A DNA stretch of 64,000 nt from a virus, in IMG/VR virus record IMGVR_UViG_3300027763_000038, positions 32,001 to 96,000 of that record; one strand, 5' to 3'. The notes below the pieces were generated by a model. That model worked only from the letters and a program-made list of their open reading frames with translations, did no database searches and was not told the origin of the DNA. How positions within the stretch are numbered: the first letter of the stretch is position 1; the number at the start of each line of letters is the position of its first letter. Position numbers and translations under genes: made by a program. This document shows positions 1 through 9,841 of the stretch, one piece after another.

Positions 1-1443
1 AAATCTATGGCCAAAAAATTAAAGCCAGAGAATATAGAACAGCTTTCTGCATTGATTAGTATTATGAGACCAGGATGCTTGGAAGCTTTTAGAGACGGTA
101 AATCAGTTTCCAATCATTTTATAGATAAGAAGAATGGTCAGGAGTCTGTAGATTATTATCATCCCTCTTTAGAGCCTATTTTAAAGGGAACTTATGGGGA
201 AATGATTTATCAAGAACAAGCTATGGAAATCGCTAAGATTGTAGCTGGCTTTGATCTTCAAGAAGCAGATATGTTAAGAAAAGCCATTGGTAAAAAGAAA
301 CCAGAAGAAATGGCTAAGATTAAAATTAAGTTCTTAGAAGGTACAGAAAAAGTAGGAACAGTAGCTACTTCTCAAGCAGAAGAAATTTTCGGCTGGATTG
401 AAAAGTCTCAGAGATATTCTTTTAATAAATCCCATGCTGTTAGTTATGCCATTAATAGTTATTTGTCAGCTTATACTAAGGCTCATTTTCCCAAAATATT
501 TTTTGCTGCATACTTGAGATTTGCAAAAGATAAAATTGATCCTAAGGCAGAAATTAAAGAATTGGTACAAAATGCTAACGAAATGGATGTTCCTGTTTGC
601 ATACCAGATATTAGAAACTTAAATCAACTATTCATTCTTAAGAATAATAAGATCTATTTTGGACTAACAGATATTAAAGGTTTTGGACAGTCTGTATTCG
701 ATAAATTAGTAAAACTTAAGGAAGATAAGAAGTTAGATTTTGATACTATGAATTGGGTAGAAATACTTATGAAAGTTTTAATAAATATTAACTCTACATC
801 GGCTAAGGCTTTGATTCAAAGTGGAGCTATGTCTTATTTAGGTAAACAGAGAACAGGAATGTTATTTGAATTTGGATTAGTGTCTGAACTTACAAAAAAA
901 GAATCAGATTTCATTCTAGCTAATCTACATCAATATAAGTCTATCGGAGATGCTTTATATGATTTATATCACAATGGAAAGTCTAACAAGAACAGAAAAA
1001 CAATCATACTTGATTTAATTAACAGCTATAATAAACCCCCATATTCTTTAGAAGATAATCCAGACTGGATCTCTGATGCAGAAGATGCTTTCTTGGGGTG
1101 TAGCATCACCTGTTCTAAAGTCGATATGTATGATATTACAATGACTAATACAACTTGTAAAGATTTTAAGAATACCACACTAAAAGATAATATAATTCTG
1201 TGTGGAGAGATAGAGAATGTTGGTGTTACTAAAACTAAATCTGGTAAGACTCCGGGACAAGAAATGGCATTTGTTACTATGAGTGATGGAACAGGAGTAA
1301 TAGACTCTGTTGTGTTCTTCCCAGAAGCATATAAAGCTTATCGAAACATTTTGTTTGATGGTAATGTGATCATTATTAAAGGAAACAGAGCCAAGTCTGG
1401 TGATTCGTTAATAGTTGAAAAGACGTATATTCCTAAGACTTGA
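1..1443 (+). CDS. dnaE: DNA polymerase III alpha subunit, C-terminal part (probably truncated by the window edge)
   Basis: Motifs RPG, TYGxMIYQEQ, ADxLRKAIGKK, YSFNKSHAVSY, FGLTDIKG and a C-terminal OB fold (MAFVTMSDGTG). The frame is open to base 1, so the true start is probably upstream. Confidence 0.95.
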   Translation, partial: KSMAKKLKPENIEQLSALISIMRPGCLEAFRDGKSVSNHFIDKKNGQESVDYYHPSLEPILKGTYGEMIYQEQAMEIAKIVAGFDLQEADMLRKAIGKKKPEEMAKIKIKFLEGTEKVGTVATSQAEEIFGWIEKSQRYSFNKSHAVSYAINSYLSAYTKAHFPKIFFAAYLRFAKDKIDPKAEIKELVQNANEMDVPVCIPDIRNLNQLFILKNNKIYFGLTDIKGFGQSVFDKLVKLKEDKKLDFDTMNWVEILMKVLININSTSAKALIQSGAMSYLGKQRTGMLFEFGLVSELTKKESDFILANLHQYKSIGDALYDLYHNGKSNKNRKTIILDLINSYNKPPYSLEDNPDWISDAEDAFLGCSITCSKVDMYDITMTNTTCKDFKNTTLKDNIILCGEIENVGVTKTKSGKTPGQEMAFVTMSDGTGVIDSVVFFPEAYKAYRNILFDGNVIIIKGNRAKSGDSLIVEKTYIPKT

Positions 1444-1467
1444 CGCTGGCTCCTCTCAGTCTATAAT
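1440..1467 (+). promoter_or_regulatory. sigma70-type promoter for ssb
   Basis: TTGACG (1440-1445), 16-nt spacer, TATAAT (1462-1467), about 50 nt upstream of the ssb start; Shine-Dalgarno AAGGAG at 1508-1513. Confidence 0.7.
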
Positions 1468-1519
1468 ATGGAGCAGTTCGTTTTTTGGACCTTGGTTTTT
1501 TATTTTTAAGGAGAACTTG

Positions 1520-1891
1520 ATGAATATTAATATTCTACGTGGTAATTTAGCTAGAGACCCTGAAATGCGTGTTGTGAATACAAATGGTAAGCAAACTTCA
1601 GTAGTTAATTTTACTGTAGCTGTTTCTAGGGAATACACAAAGGCAAACGGTGAACGAGATAAGGTAACAACATTCGTTCCATGTGAAGCATGGGATAGTG
1701 GTGCTGAAATTATTGGTCAGTCATTTAAGAAGGGTGATTTTGTTTTGGTCGAAGGATCTCTCAGGAACGACTCATGGGAAAAGGATGGCGTCAAGCATAA
1801 TTCCCTGAAGGTTCGTGTTAATAACTTTTCTAAGATTACTAAGCTATCTAAGAAGAGCAAAGATCAAGCAGAAGAAGTAGTTAGTTTCTAA
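1520..1891 (+). CDS. ssb: single-stranded DNA-binding protein
   Basis: MNINILRGNLARDPEMR...FTVAVSR...CEAW...VLVEGSLRNDSWEKDG is a classic SSB OB fold with a short acidic tail ending in F. Start moved to ATG 1520, which follows AAGGAG. Confidence 0.95.
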   Translation: MNINILRGNLARDPEMRVVNTNGKQTSVVNFTVAVSREYTKANGERDKVTTFVPCEAWDSGAEIIGQSFKKGDFVLVEGSLRNDSWEKDGVKHNSLKVRVNNFSKITKLSKKSKDQAEEVVSF

Positions 1892-1920
1892 ATTAAACCC
1901 CTTTTACCATTTTAAGAGAT

Positions 1921-1946
1921 GGGGGTGCAAAACACCCCCGTTTTTT
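1921..1946 (+). terminator. intrinsic terminator after ssb
   Basis: GGGGGTG-CAAAA-CACCCCC hairpin followed by GTTTTTT, ending right before the next ATG at 1947. Confidence 0.8.
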
Positions 1947-3614
1947 ATGTCTAACAAAAAACTCAAAATTTTAATGTGTTCTGAGGCCAGCTTTCTAAGT
2001 TCTGGTTTTGGAACATATGCCAGAGAAATACTAAAAAGACTTCATGCTACCGGAAAGTATGAAATAGCAGAATTCGCTTCTTATGGAAAAGTTAATGATC
2101 CAAAAGATATTGATATTCATTGGAAATATTATGCTAATGCTGTAGATCCTAAAGATCCTAGGCATCAAGAATATCATAGTTCTATGGAGAACCAATTTGG
2201 TCGATGGAGATTTGAGAGAGTATTATTAGATTTTCAACCAGATATTGTGTTTGATGTTAGAGATTATTGGATGAGTTCATATCAGCAGTTTTCTCCACTA
2301 AGACCATTCTTCCACTGGGTTCTTATGCCAACTGTGGACTCTGCTCCACAACAAGAAGAGTGGATTGATACCTTCTTACAAGCTGATGCTATTTTCACAT
2401 ATTCTGACTTTGGCAAAGACACATTACTAGCACAGAGCAATAATAAGATTAAGTATATAGATACCACTTCTCCCGGCGTTGATCTAAATACATTTAATAT
2501 GATAGCAGATAGAAAAACACTAAAGAGTCACTTGGGTCTTGACCCAGACAGTTTCATTATCGGCTCTGTGATGAGAAATCAAAAAAGAAAACTTATTCCG
2601 GAACTATTCTCAGCACTAAAGTCTTTCTTATCAAAATTACAAGCAGAAAATAATCCTATAGGAGAAAAGACTTATCTTTATCTTCACACAAGCTATCCAG
2701 ATGCGGGTTGGGATATACCTCAGCTTCTCAAAGAATATAAGGTAGGAAATAGAGTACTATTCTCTTATAGTTGTAAGAATTGCGGATACTTTTATCCTTG
2801 CTTATATCAGCATCCTATGGCTCATTGTCCAAGATGTAGTCAGAAGGCATTTTCTCTTCCTAATGTTAGTTCCGGAGTATCGTCAGAAACATTAAGTATG
2901 TTGATGAATTCTTTTGACATATATGTTCAATATGCTATCTGTGAAGGTTTTGGTATGCCTCAGGTTGAAGCATCTGCCTGTGGAGTGCCAATCGCATCTG
3001 TTGATTATAGTGCCATGAGCGACGTTGTTCGTAAAGTCGGTGGCTATCCTATTAAAATCAATCAGTACTTTAAAGAACTAGAAACTAAAGCCGTTAGAGT
3101 ATATCCAGACAATAATCATTTAGTAGAAATTTTACATAATTATCTTTCTTTGCCAGACTTCCTTAAGGAACAAAAAAGATTTGAGACACGCAAGCTTACT
3201 GAAGAACATTATAATTGGGATAATATTGCTAAAAAATGGGAAAAATATTTTGATAGCGTTGTATTAAAAGGAATGCAAGGAAAGTGGAAAGAAAATCTTC
3301 CGATGCTTGAACCAGTAAAGAGTTTGCCTACTAATATTAGTCCTTATGACGCAATCACCGGCACTATTTCTAAGCATATGCCTCAACATCAACTAACATC
3401 CTCTTTGATATTACTAAATATGATTAGAGATTTGGATTATGGTTTTTCTATTAATGGAATGCACACAGAACCGTATGGTCCTGAACAAGCTATTAATTCA
3501 ATCAACAATATCATTACTAATAATAATGTAGCTCAAAATGTAAAGAATAATGATAATGCTTTAAGAGACGAAGATTTTATTCAATATGCTAGAATGAAAG
3601 AAGATATCAAATGA
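1947..3614 (+). CDS. GT-B (family 4-like) glycosyltransferase with zinc-ribbon insertion
   Basis: N-terminal SGFGTY, RNQKRK and the CEGFGMPQVEASACG signature (ExFG-x4-E); insertion CKNC...CPRC. Confidence 0.9.
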   Translation: MSNKKLKILMCSEASFLSSGFGTYAREILKRLHATGKYEIAEFASYGKVNDPKDIDIHWKYYANAVDPKDPRHQEYHSSMENQFGRWRFERVLLDFQPDIVFDVRDYWMSSYQQFSPLRPFFHWVLMPTVDSAPQQEEWIDTFLQADAIFTYSDFGKDTLLAQSNNKIKYIDTTSPGVDLNTFNMIADRKTLKSHLGLDPDSFIIGSVMRNQKRKLIPELFSALKSFLSKLQAENNPIGEKTYLYLHTSYPDAGWDIPQLLKEYKVGNRVLFSYSCKNCGYFYPCLYQHPMAHCPRCSQKAFSLPNVSSGVSSETLSMLMNSFDIYVQYAICEGFGMPQVEASACGVPIASVDYSAMSDVVRKVGGYPIKINQYFKELETKAVRVYPDNNHLVEILHNYLSLPDFLKEQKRFETRKLTEEHYNWDNIAKKWEKYFDSVVLKGMQGKWKENLPMLEPVKSLPTNISPYDAITGTISKHMPQHQLTSSLILLNMIRDLDYGFSINGMHTEPYGPEQAINSINNIITNNNVAQNVKNNDNALRDEDFIQYARMKEDIK

Positions 3615-4735
3615 ACGTATTATTTTTGGGACCATATAGACAACAAGATGATTCTGGAATAGCTTCTCAAAACTATATTAAAGCAATAGGTTCTCAACAA
3701 AAATATAATCTCACTACTAGACCGATATTTTTGGGACAACCATCAGATAAGATTGATAGAAACATATTAGAATATGAAAATTCTCTATATGATTCTTATG
3801 ATGCTGTTATTCAAGAAACATTACCACACTGTTTATTTTACAATAGAAAATTTAAGAAACACATTGGGTCCATCAAGCTGGAAACAAATAATATTTCTAA
3901 TTCTGTATGCTTATTTAATATCAACCAAATGGATGAAATTTGGGTAGCTAGCACACAAGAAGAAAAATGCTTGAGAAAGTCTGGGGTTACCAAACCAATA
4001 AAAATTATATCTCAACCATTAGATATTGATCTAATTAAGAAAAATGAAGACAAAGATCTAGATTTGCATCCAATGATTAAACAAACATTTAAGTTTTATT
4101 ATATTGGAGATCATACAGAGAGGGCGAATCTTAAAGATCTAGTTGTTGCTTTTCATTTAGCTTTCGATATAACACAACCTGTGTCGTTGATTATAAAAAG
4201 CAGTATACCTAACATGTCTGTTGGAGATTCTTATAAATCAATAGAAAAAGAAATAGACGACATTAAAAAAAGACTTAATATCAGTAAGAAATACAAAAAA
4301 GAAGTTATTATTACTGAGGATTTATCTTATGAGAATACTATCCGGTTACATAACTGTGGCGATTGTTTTGTGTCTACTTCTAAAGGAGAATCTTTTTGCA
4401 GAGCAGCTGCTGAAGCTCTTGTTCTTGGCAAAACTCCAATAGTTACAGACAATACTGGAATGACAGACTTTGTTGATACTAAGAACGGTTATGTTGTACA
4501 AAGTCATAGAACACCAGTTGTCTTAGAGAAAAAATTTCTAACAGATGATTTCGATATCTATAATGCTAATGAGTATTGGTATCAAATTAACATATATGAT
4601 CTAGTAGAAAAAATGAGAGCAGCGTATTCTTTGTATAAAACTAATAAAAAAGAGCTAGAACAAAAGAAAGAATTAGGATTACAATCAATTGATCAATTTA
4701 GCTATGAGACAATAGGGAAAAAACTATGTATTTGA
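3611..4735 (+). CDS. GT-B (family 4-like) glycosyltransferase
   Basis: DCFVSTSKGESFCRAAAEALVLGKTPIVT signature; ATGA overlap with the upstream gene. Confidence 0.85.
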   Translation: MNVLFLGPYRQQDDSGIASQNYIKAIGSQQKYNLTTRPIFLGQPSDKIDRNILEYENSLYDSYDAVIQETLPHCLFYNRKFKKHIGSIKLETNNISNSVCLFNINQMDEIWVASTQEEKCLRKSGVTKPIKIISQPLDIDLIKKNEDKDLDLHPMIKQTFKFYYIGDHTERANLKDLVVAFHLAFDITQPVSLIIKSSIPNMSVGDSYKSIEKEIDDIKKRLNISKKYKKEVIITEDLSYENTIRLHNCGDCFVSTSKGESFCRAAAEALVLGKTPIVTDNTGMTDFVDTKNGYVVQSHRTPVVLEKKFLTDDFDIYNANEYWYQINIYDLVEKMRAAYSLYKTNKKELEQKKELGLQSIDQFSYETIGKKLCI

Positions 4736-5649
4736 GTTTTGTTACTGGAAATATATTACAAAAAATTGCAGAAGATACCTATAATATTATATACTACCCA
4801 CAAAATAATATCATAGACCACTGTATCTCAGCTATTGATAAGCATAAATACTATATGTTTGGGAGTAATCGTCTTAACTATAAGATCGATAATATGATCG
4901 ATTTACCAGATCAACACCTCTCATTGTATAATTATAACTTATGTATTACAAATAGACTTCTTAGTTATACTACTAATCCAAGTATTAAACAATTTCATTT
5001 AAATACTATCATTTTAACACATTCACATAGGCCGCCAAATATTAAAAAAGAAGATGCTGTCCTTATGAATCAAAGACTTAAGAAAGAAATCAAAGTATTT
5101 TTTTCAGAGGGTGCAAAAAATTCTTGGAGGCTGGATAATAGTATTGTTGTAAAGTATGGAATCCCACGAATTTTCCAGTGTGTTAATGATGTCTCAAAAA
5201 GGAAAGATGTCTTGATCCTAAATTATGACAATCTGCCACACGCACAGCAAATTCAAGCAGCTCTGATTAATAAAAATTATTCTTGTGATACTATGAATTC
5301 TTGTAGAATGCCTATGGAAGAGATAAATTCTACAATGAATAACTATAAGGTATGTATTGATTTAGCCGAGCATAATATTTTAAATCTATTATGTGGAGTA
5401 GCATCAGGATGTACTGGAATATCTATTAAACCTCCCACAACTTCAGAAGAATACTCCAATATTAATGGATTAACATTCATCTCAAACATAGAAGAGATTC
5501 TTCCTGCATTATCTCAAGTTTTGGATATAGGAGATGAGGAAAGAAAAAATAATTCAGATAGCATACTAAACGAATTTGATTTTACTAACTTTAGTACCAT
5601 TATGAGTAATATAATCCAAAAAGCTAATAGAGAGGCATTCATACTATGA
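4726..5649 (+). CDS. divergent glycosyltransferase-like protein
   Basis: VVKYGIP...YKVCID...LLCGVASGC resembles a degenerate GT-B C-terminal domain; lies in the GT operon. Confidence 0.5.
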   Translation: MYLSFVTGNILQKIAEDTYNIIYYPQNNIIDHCISAIDKHKYYMFGSNRLNYKIDNMIDLPDQHLSLYNYNLCITNRLLSYTTNPSIKQFHLNTIILTHSHRPPNIKKEDAVLMNQRLKKEIKVFFSEGAKNSWRLDNSIVVKYGIPRIFQCVNDVSKRKDVLILNYDNLPHAQQIQAALINKNYSCDTMNSCRMPMEEINSTMNNYKVCIDLAEHNILNLLCGVASGCTGISIKPPTTSEEYSNINGLTFISNIEEILPALSQVLDIGDEERKNNSDSILNEFDFTNFSTIMSNIIQKANREAFIL

Positions 5650-6062
5650 TTAATCAGATTAATATTGTTGTAGATAAAGAAAAGGATGTTGTAACAGGAT
5701 ATTCTAATATTGCTATAGAAAATATTACTCAAATTACTAATGGTTATGTTAATAACATTATCTTTACTACTATTGATAAAGTAGAACAAGAGAACAGAGA
5801 CAAAATTTTACTTGAGCTATGCAAAAAACTGAGCCATGGAGGCTCTATGACAGTAAAGTTTTTGAATCCAGATGCTTTGGCTCATAAAATTAAAAATGGT
5901 AACGTATCCGGAGGCACATTCTCCTCTTTAGTTCAGAATGTAAAATCCTCATGGATGGAGACAGATTTGCTTACACTAATATCCGGTTTGAATGGATTTA
6001 ACTTATTAAAGCATGTTCATGAGGATGTATATTCTATTGTAGTAATTGAAAAAAGTAAATGA
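5646..6062 (+). CDS. methyltransferase-fold-like protein (degenerate)
   Basis: ILLELCKKLSHGGSMTV resembles the class I SAM-methyltransferase L..(L)K.GG.(L) motif; no glycine-rich motif I. Confidence 0.4.
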   Translation: MINQINIVVDKEKDVVTGYSNIAIENITQITNGYVNNIIFTTIDKVEQENRDKILLELCKKLSHGGSMTVKFLNPDALAHKIKNGNVSGGTFSSLVQNVKSSWMETDLLTLISGLNGFNLLKHVHEDVYSIVVIEKSK

Positions 6063-6751
6063 ACAGAATAGCGTGTTTTATTTTATCTTATGAGATCACA
6101 AAAGGAATGAAGTCTTTTGGTCCTATTGGACTATTAAAGTCTAGTGGATTTAATAGAGAATTAATTTTGTGTCAAATTCATAACCTAAAAAATCTTTTTC
6201 CAAAAACAGACATATCTATTATCTCTGGTTTTGGTGGAGATAAATTACATAAAAAAATACCAGAGGATATTAAAACAATAACTAATAATGAATTTGATAC
6301 CAAAAATCAAGGATATGCTTTAAAGCTTATTTTAGCTAATTATGAGCTAGACAGATATGATGGAATTTTTATTATCAATAGTGGAACCCTAATTAGAAGC
6401 TTATCACCACACAAAAATCTGTCTACAAAAAAATCATGGATTATATCAAAAGCTATAAGAAAATCTCAACAAAATATAAAGTTTTTAGGAGCCAGAGCAG
6501 ATAACAAAGGACAAGTAGACTATATTTTTTACGATATAGGAGACTATGCTTGGTGTGACAGTGTCTATATTTGTAACCGTGATATAAACTTAATTAAAAA
6601 TGATATAACTTCTTATTACGATAATATGTTTTTATTTGAAGCAATTAACAAGTCTATTTCTAACGACGCTAGATATGAACAAATTATTGTAAATCATGAT
6701 TCGGTCATTAACATAATAGGAATGAAAGATAAACACAAAATCAAAGACTAA
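6059..6751 (+). CDS. nucleotidyltransferase-like (NTP transferase/LicC-like) protein
   Basis: FILS...KGMKSFGPIGLL...LILCQI...IISGF...N..FDTKNQGYAL follows the sugar/choline-phosphate NTase pattern with an eroded GxGxR loop. Confidence 0.6.
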   Translation: MNRIACFILSYEITKGMKSFGPIGLLKSSGFNRELILCQIHNLKNLFPKTDISIISGFGGDKLHKKIPEDIKTITNNEFDTKNQGYALKLILANYELDRYDGIFIINSGTLIRSLSPHKNLSTKKSWIISKAIRKSQQNIKFLGARADNKGQVDYIFYDIGDYAWCDSVYICNRDINLIKNDITSYYDNMFLFEAINKSISNDARYEQIIVNHDSVINIIGMKDKHKIKD

Positions 6752-6754
6752 ATA

Positions 6755-7537
6755 ATGAAAAATAAAATTTTAATACATGTAGCTAAAGAAAATGAGTATA
6801 TTTCCTTTATTCAAAATCTAAACACCAGTGTTTCAGATAATGATGAGATTATAGCAGTCAGTGTTCATGGTAATTTATTTGAATTGTTTCATGCTCATAA
6901 ACCAAATATAGTAATTTTACCCGCCCATGAATATACTCAAGAGTTTCATGATTTTATTAATGAACACAATAAAACTATCAAAATAATTATTTTTATAAAT
7001 GTTCATATTAAAGACCAACAGATAATTGAATATTGGAATTTAAATAAGCTTACTCTAGCTGGGAAGAAAGAATATTTGGTTGCTGAGTCCGACAATTCTT
7101 TACTATACTCTAAATTATATGATAGCAATATTTTTACCAGAATTTCTCCTGAAAAACCCAGGAATGAAAAAATAGCTGTGATGCTATCAGATGATAATCA
7201 AAAAAATACTGCTATAATAGGCCCACTACTTTATCCATATAGTAATGCAAAACTGGTTTTATTTAATTCTCCAACATTCAATCCTCCACAAAACGTAGGA
7301 ATGTTAAATCAACATGATGCTTGCTTAATACTCAATACTTATCAGTTCTTGATAGATCTAGACGATAAATATTCTATTGAAGCACAAGTTTGTGGAATTG
7401 ATAACTTACAGATAGAGAATGATATTCCTTCTAATATCGCCAATAAGATTTTGAAAAATACACAATATGATCTAGATACTTCTTCATTTAAATATTATAT
7501 TCAAAATCAATTTTTACCAACTATTCTTGAGGCTTAA
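6755..7537 (+). CDS. hypothetical protein, possibly degenerate GT-B
   Basis: KPNIVIL, YDSNIF and IEAQVCG echo GT-B motifs; operon context. Confidence 0.4.
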   Translation: MKNKILIHVAKENEYISFIQNLNTSVSDNDEIIAVSVHGNLFELFHAHKPNIVILPAHEYTQEFHDFINEHNKTIKIIIFINVHIKDQQIIEYWNLNKLTLAGKKEYLVAESDNSLLYSKLYDSNIFTRISPEKPRNEKIAVMLSDDNQKNTAIIGPLLYPYSNAKLVLFNSPTFNPPQNVGMLNQHDACLILNTYQFLIDLDDKYSIEAQVCGIDNLQIENDIPSNIANKILKNTQYDLDTSSFKYYIQNQFLPTILEA

Positions 7538-7539
7538 TC

Positions 7540-8019
7540 ATGGACATCGGATTTTACTTACTAGACATATTACCAAACGTTCCAGCACAAAATAATATTC
7601 TTACCGCATTAAATGATTTATGTAAGTTATGTCCATATGACAATATTGTTTTATTTAATGATCAATATAATAGGATAAATACAAACAATAAATATTATAC
7701 TCTACACATACAACAAGCTAAATATTTTGATGGAATTTTATTTGTTTTTGATACTAAAAGCGCAATGTTAACACAAACATTTCCTGTTCCTAAAAAACAA
7801 ATTTTATATATGCCAGAAGTTGAATGGAATAAAAATTCCTCTCTTCCCTATGGTTTTTGGTATAATATGTATATGAAAGATAATATTGAAATAATTACAG
7901 ATAATATTGATACATATGAACTATGCAATATTTGTTGGAAAACACCACTTAGTTTAATTAAACAAATAGACAGTAAGGAAATTAAAAATGTCATCGACAA
8001 AGTACAAACAACTATCTGA
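7540..8019 (+). CDS. hypothetical protein (GT N-terminal-domain-like)
   Basis: Intact 159-aa ORF in the operon; alpha/beta pattern with KQILYMPEVEW. Confidence 0.4.
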   Translation: MDIGFYLLDILPNVPAQNNILTALNDLCKLCPYDNIVLFNDQYNRINTNNKYYTLHIQQAKYFDGILFVFDTKSAMLTQTFPVPKKQILYMPEVEWNKNSSLPYGFWYNMYMKDNIEIITDNIDTYELCNICWKTPLSLIKQIDSKEIKNVIDKVQTTI

Positions 8020-8779
8020 TGCAGCTAAGAAGGATATTCTAAATAAGCATTATGTTCTAGAAAAATTAAGCTTTCAAGATATTGCTTTAAAGTATAATAC
8101 ATATGCTAACCAGATCAGAAGGGATGCCCAAAAATTTCAGATACCTATTAGAGATAAAAGTCAGGCTCAAAAAAATGCTTTGAGTAGTGGAAAACATAAG
8201 CACCCAACTAAAGGGTCTGAGAGAAGCATAGAAACTAAAGAGAAGATCGGTATGGGGGTTATGGATTCTTGGAGCAATCTAAGCAAAGACGAACTAGATC
8301 AAAGGAAAGAGAAAAGTCGTGCCAATTGGAATAATTTAAGTTCAGAAGAAAAAGCTAATATAGTTAAATCAGCAAACACGGCAGCTAGACTAAGTAGCAA
8401 AACAGGATCTAAATTAGAAAAGTTTCTTTTGGAAAAGTTGCTAGCTGATGGTTATGTGGTAGAATTCCATAAAGAGCAAATGTTATCAAATACCAAGTTG
8501 CAAGTGGACCTCTTTCTACCTACAATGAACTTAGCGATTGAAGTTGATGGTCCGTCTCACTTCTCTCCCATATGGGGAGAAGAAACATTTAAGAAAAATC
8601 AGAAATATGATGAAAAGAAGAATGGTCTTCTTATAGGTAAGGGATTAGGATTAATTAGGATCAAACAACAAAAAGACTTTTCTACAGCTAGAGCAAATTT
8701 GATTTATTCTAGATTAATAGACTGTCTTAAAAATAACAAATATAGTTCAGGAACCGTATTAGAAATAGAGGATGAATGA
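7988..8779 (+). CDS. free-standing endonuclease: HTH + NUMOD3-like + DUF559/Vsr-like nuclease domain
   Basis: LSFQDIALKYNTYANQIRR (HTH), HPTKGSERSIETKEKIG (NUMOD3-like), SKLE...VDLFLP...AIEVDGPSH...D..KN (Vsr/DUF559-like). Confidence 0.75.
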   Translation: MSSTKYKQLSDAAKKDILNKHYVLEKLSFQDIALKYNTYANQIRRDAQKFQIPIRDKSQAQKNALSSGKHKHPTKGSERSIETKEKIGMGVMDSWSNLSKDELDQRKEKSRANWNNLSSEEKANIVKSANTAARLSSKTGSKLEKFLLEKLLADGYVVEFHKEQMLSNTKLQVDLFLPTMNLAIEVDGPSHFSPIWGEETFKKNQKYDEKKNGLLIGKGLGLIRIKQQKDFSTARANLIYSRLIDCLKNNKYSSGTVLEIEDE

Positions 8780-9504
8780 TGGCTAAGGAAAAGAAAGTTG
8801 CAGAAATAGCTGTGGAGTCAACAGAATCAACACCGGCAAAAGTTACACCTAATGATTTAGGATGGACGGATTATGTTTTAGGATTATTATCAGATGATGA
8901 AAAAATCTCTGGTAATCCTACCACCGATGGTCTAAGGAGAGTATTTGAAGTAGCTTTAAATTGTGATGTTATTGAGGCTATTACAGAAATTGTTCAAGCA
9001 CCCACACCAGAAAATGAAAAAAGAGCAACTGCTACCCACACCATTCGCTATGTATTAAAAAGTGATTCTTCCTCACAAGATGACGTTAAATACAGGGCTG
9101 TTACAGGCGCTGCTGACGTTTATTGGGGCAATTGTGATAAGATCTATCGTAACCATCCTACTGCTGTGGCAGAAACAAGAGCAGAAGGTCGTGCATTAAG
9201 AAGGGGTCTGAAACTAAGAAAAGTTGTGGCTGCTGAAGAAATTGCAAAAGATATTGAAGATCATCCAGATGAAAATTCAGTATCTAAGATAAGTGTTAAT
9301 CAAATTAACTTTATAGATGTGATTGCTCAAAGACTAAATGTTAATGTCAGTAATTTAATAAAATCGCTTGCAATTGCTGAGGAGAACATATATAATATCT
9401 CACATGAGGACGCAGTAGGTGTGATAAAGCACTTGACTTCGTATCAGCAAGATATGAGTAAAATTACAGAAGAATTAACAGGGTATTTACCAAACTGGAA
9501 GTGA
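8776..9504 (+). CDS. probable single-strand annealing recombinase (Rad52/Sak-like)
   Basis: GL-helix, three beta strands, then AVAETRAEGRALRRGL...AAEEI, plus a C-terminal ISxNQI helical domain. Confidence 0.5.
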   Translation: MMAKEKKVAEIAVESTESTPAKVTPNDLGWTDYVLGLLSDDEKISGNPTTDGLRRVFEVALNCDVIEAITEIVQAPTPENEKRATATHTIRYVLKSDSSSQDDVKYRAVTGAADVYWGNCDKIYRNHPTAVAETRAEGRALRRGLKLRKVVAAEEIAKDIEDHPDENSVSKISVNQINFIDVIAQRLNVNVSNLIKSLAIAEENIYNISHEDAVGVIKHLTSYQQDMSKITEELTGYLPNWK

Positions 9505-9508
9505 TATT

Positions 9509-9841
9509 ATGAAAGTAACTTATACAGCCAATGACAAACTATCTTTTGAATTAGAAGCTGCTGGACAAAAGGAAATTTTTAAAGAATTAGCCTTAATTCA
9601 GGAAATTTTTTCAGAAGATAAGTGTGGGCTTTGTAAGAGTACTAATTTGAAGTTTATAGTTCGTAATGTCGAAGGTAACGATTATTACGAATTAAGATGT
9701 ATGGATTGTGGGGCGGTATTGTCCTTTGGTCAGCACAAAAAGGGTGGTACTTTATTTCCTAAGCGTAAAGATGACGAAAACAATTGGTTACCAAATAATG
9801 GTTGGCACAAATGGCAAAAGAATCAGGGCGAAAAGAGCTAA
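9509..9841 (+). CDS. zinc-ribbon protein
   Basis: CGLC...YYELRCMDCGA; adjacent to the annealing-protein gene. Confidence 0.6.
   Translation: MKVTYTANDKLSFELEAAGQKEIFKELALIQEIFSEDKCGLCKSTNLKFIVRNVEGNDYYELRCMDCGAVLSFGQHKKGGTLFPKRKDDENNWLPNNGWHKWQKNQGEKS

Noticed and set aside
1415-1519. N-terminal extension of SSB in the ORF track
   Set aside because: It overlaps dnaE and the promoter; the SD and SSB homology begin at ATG 1520.
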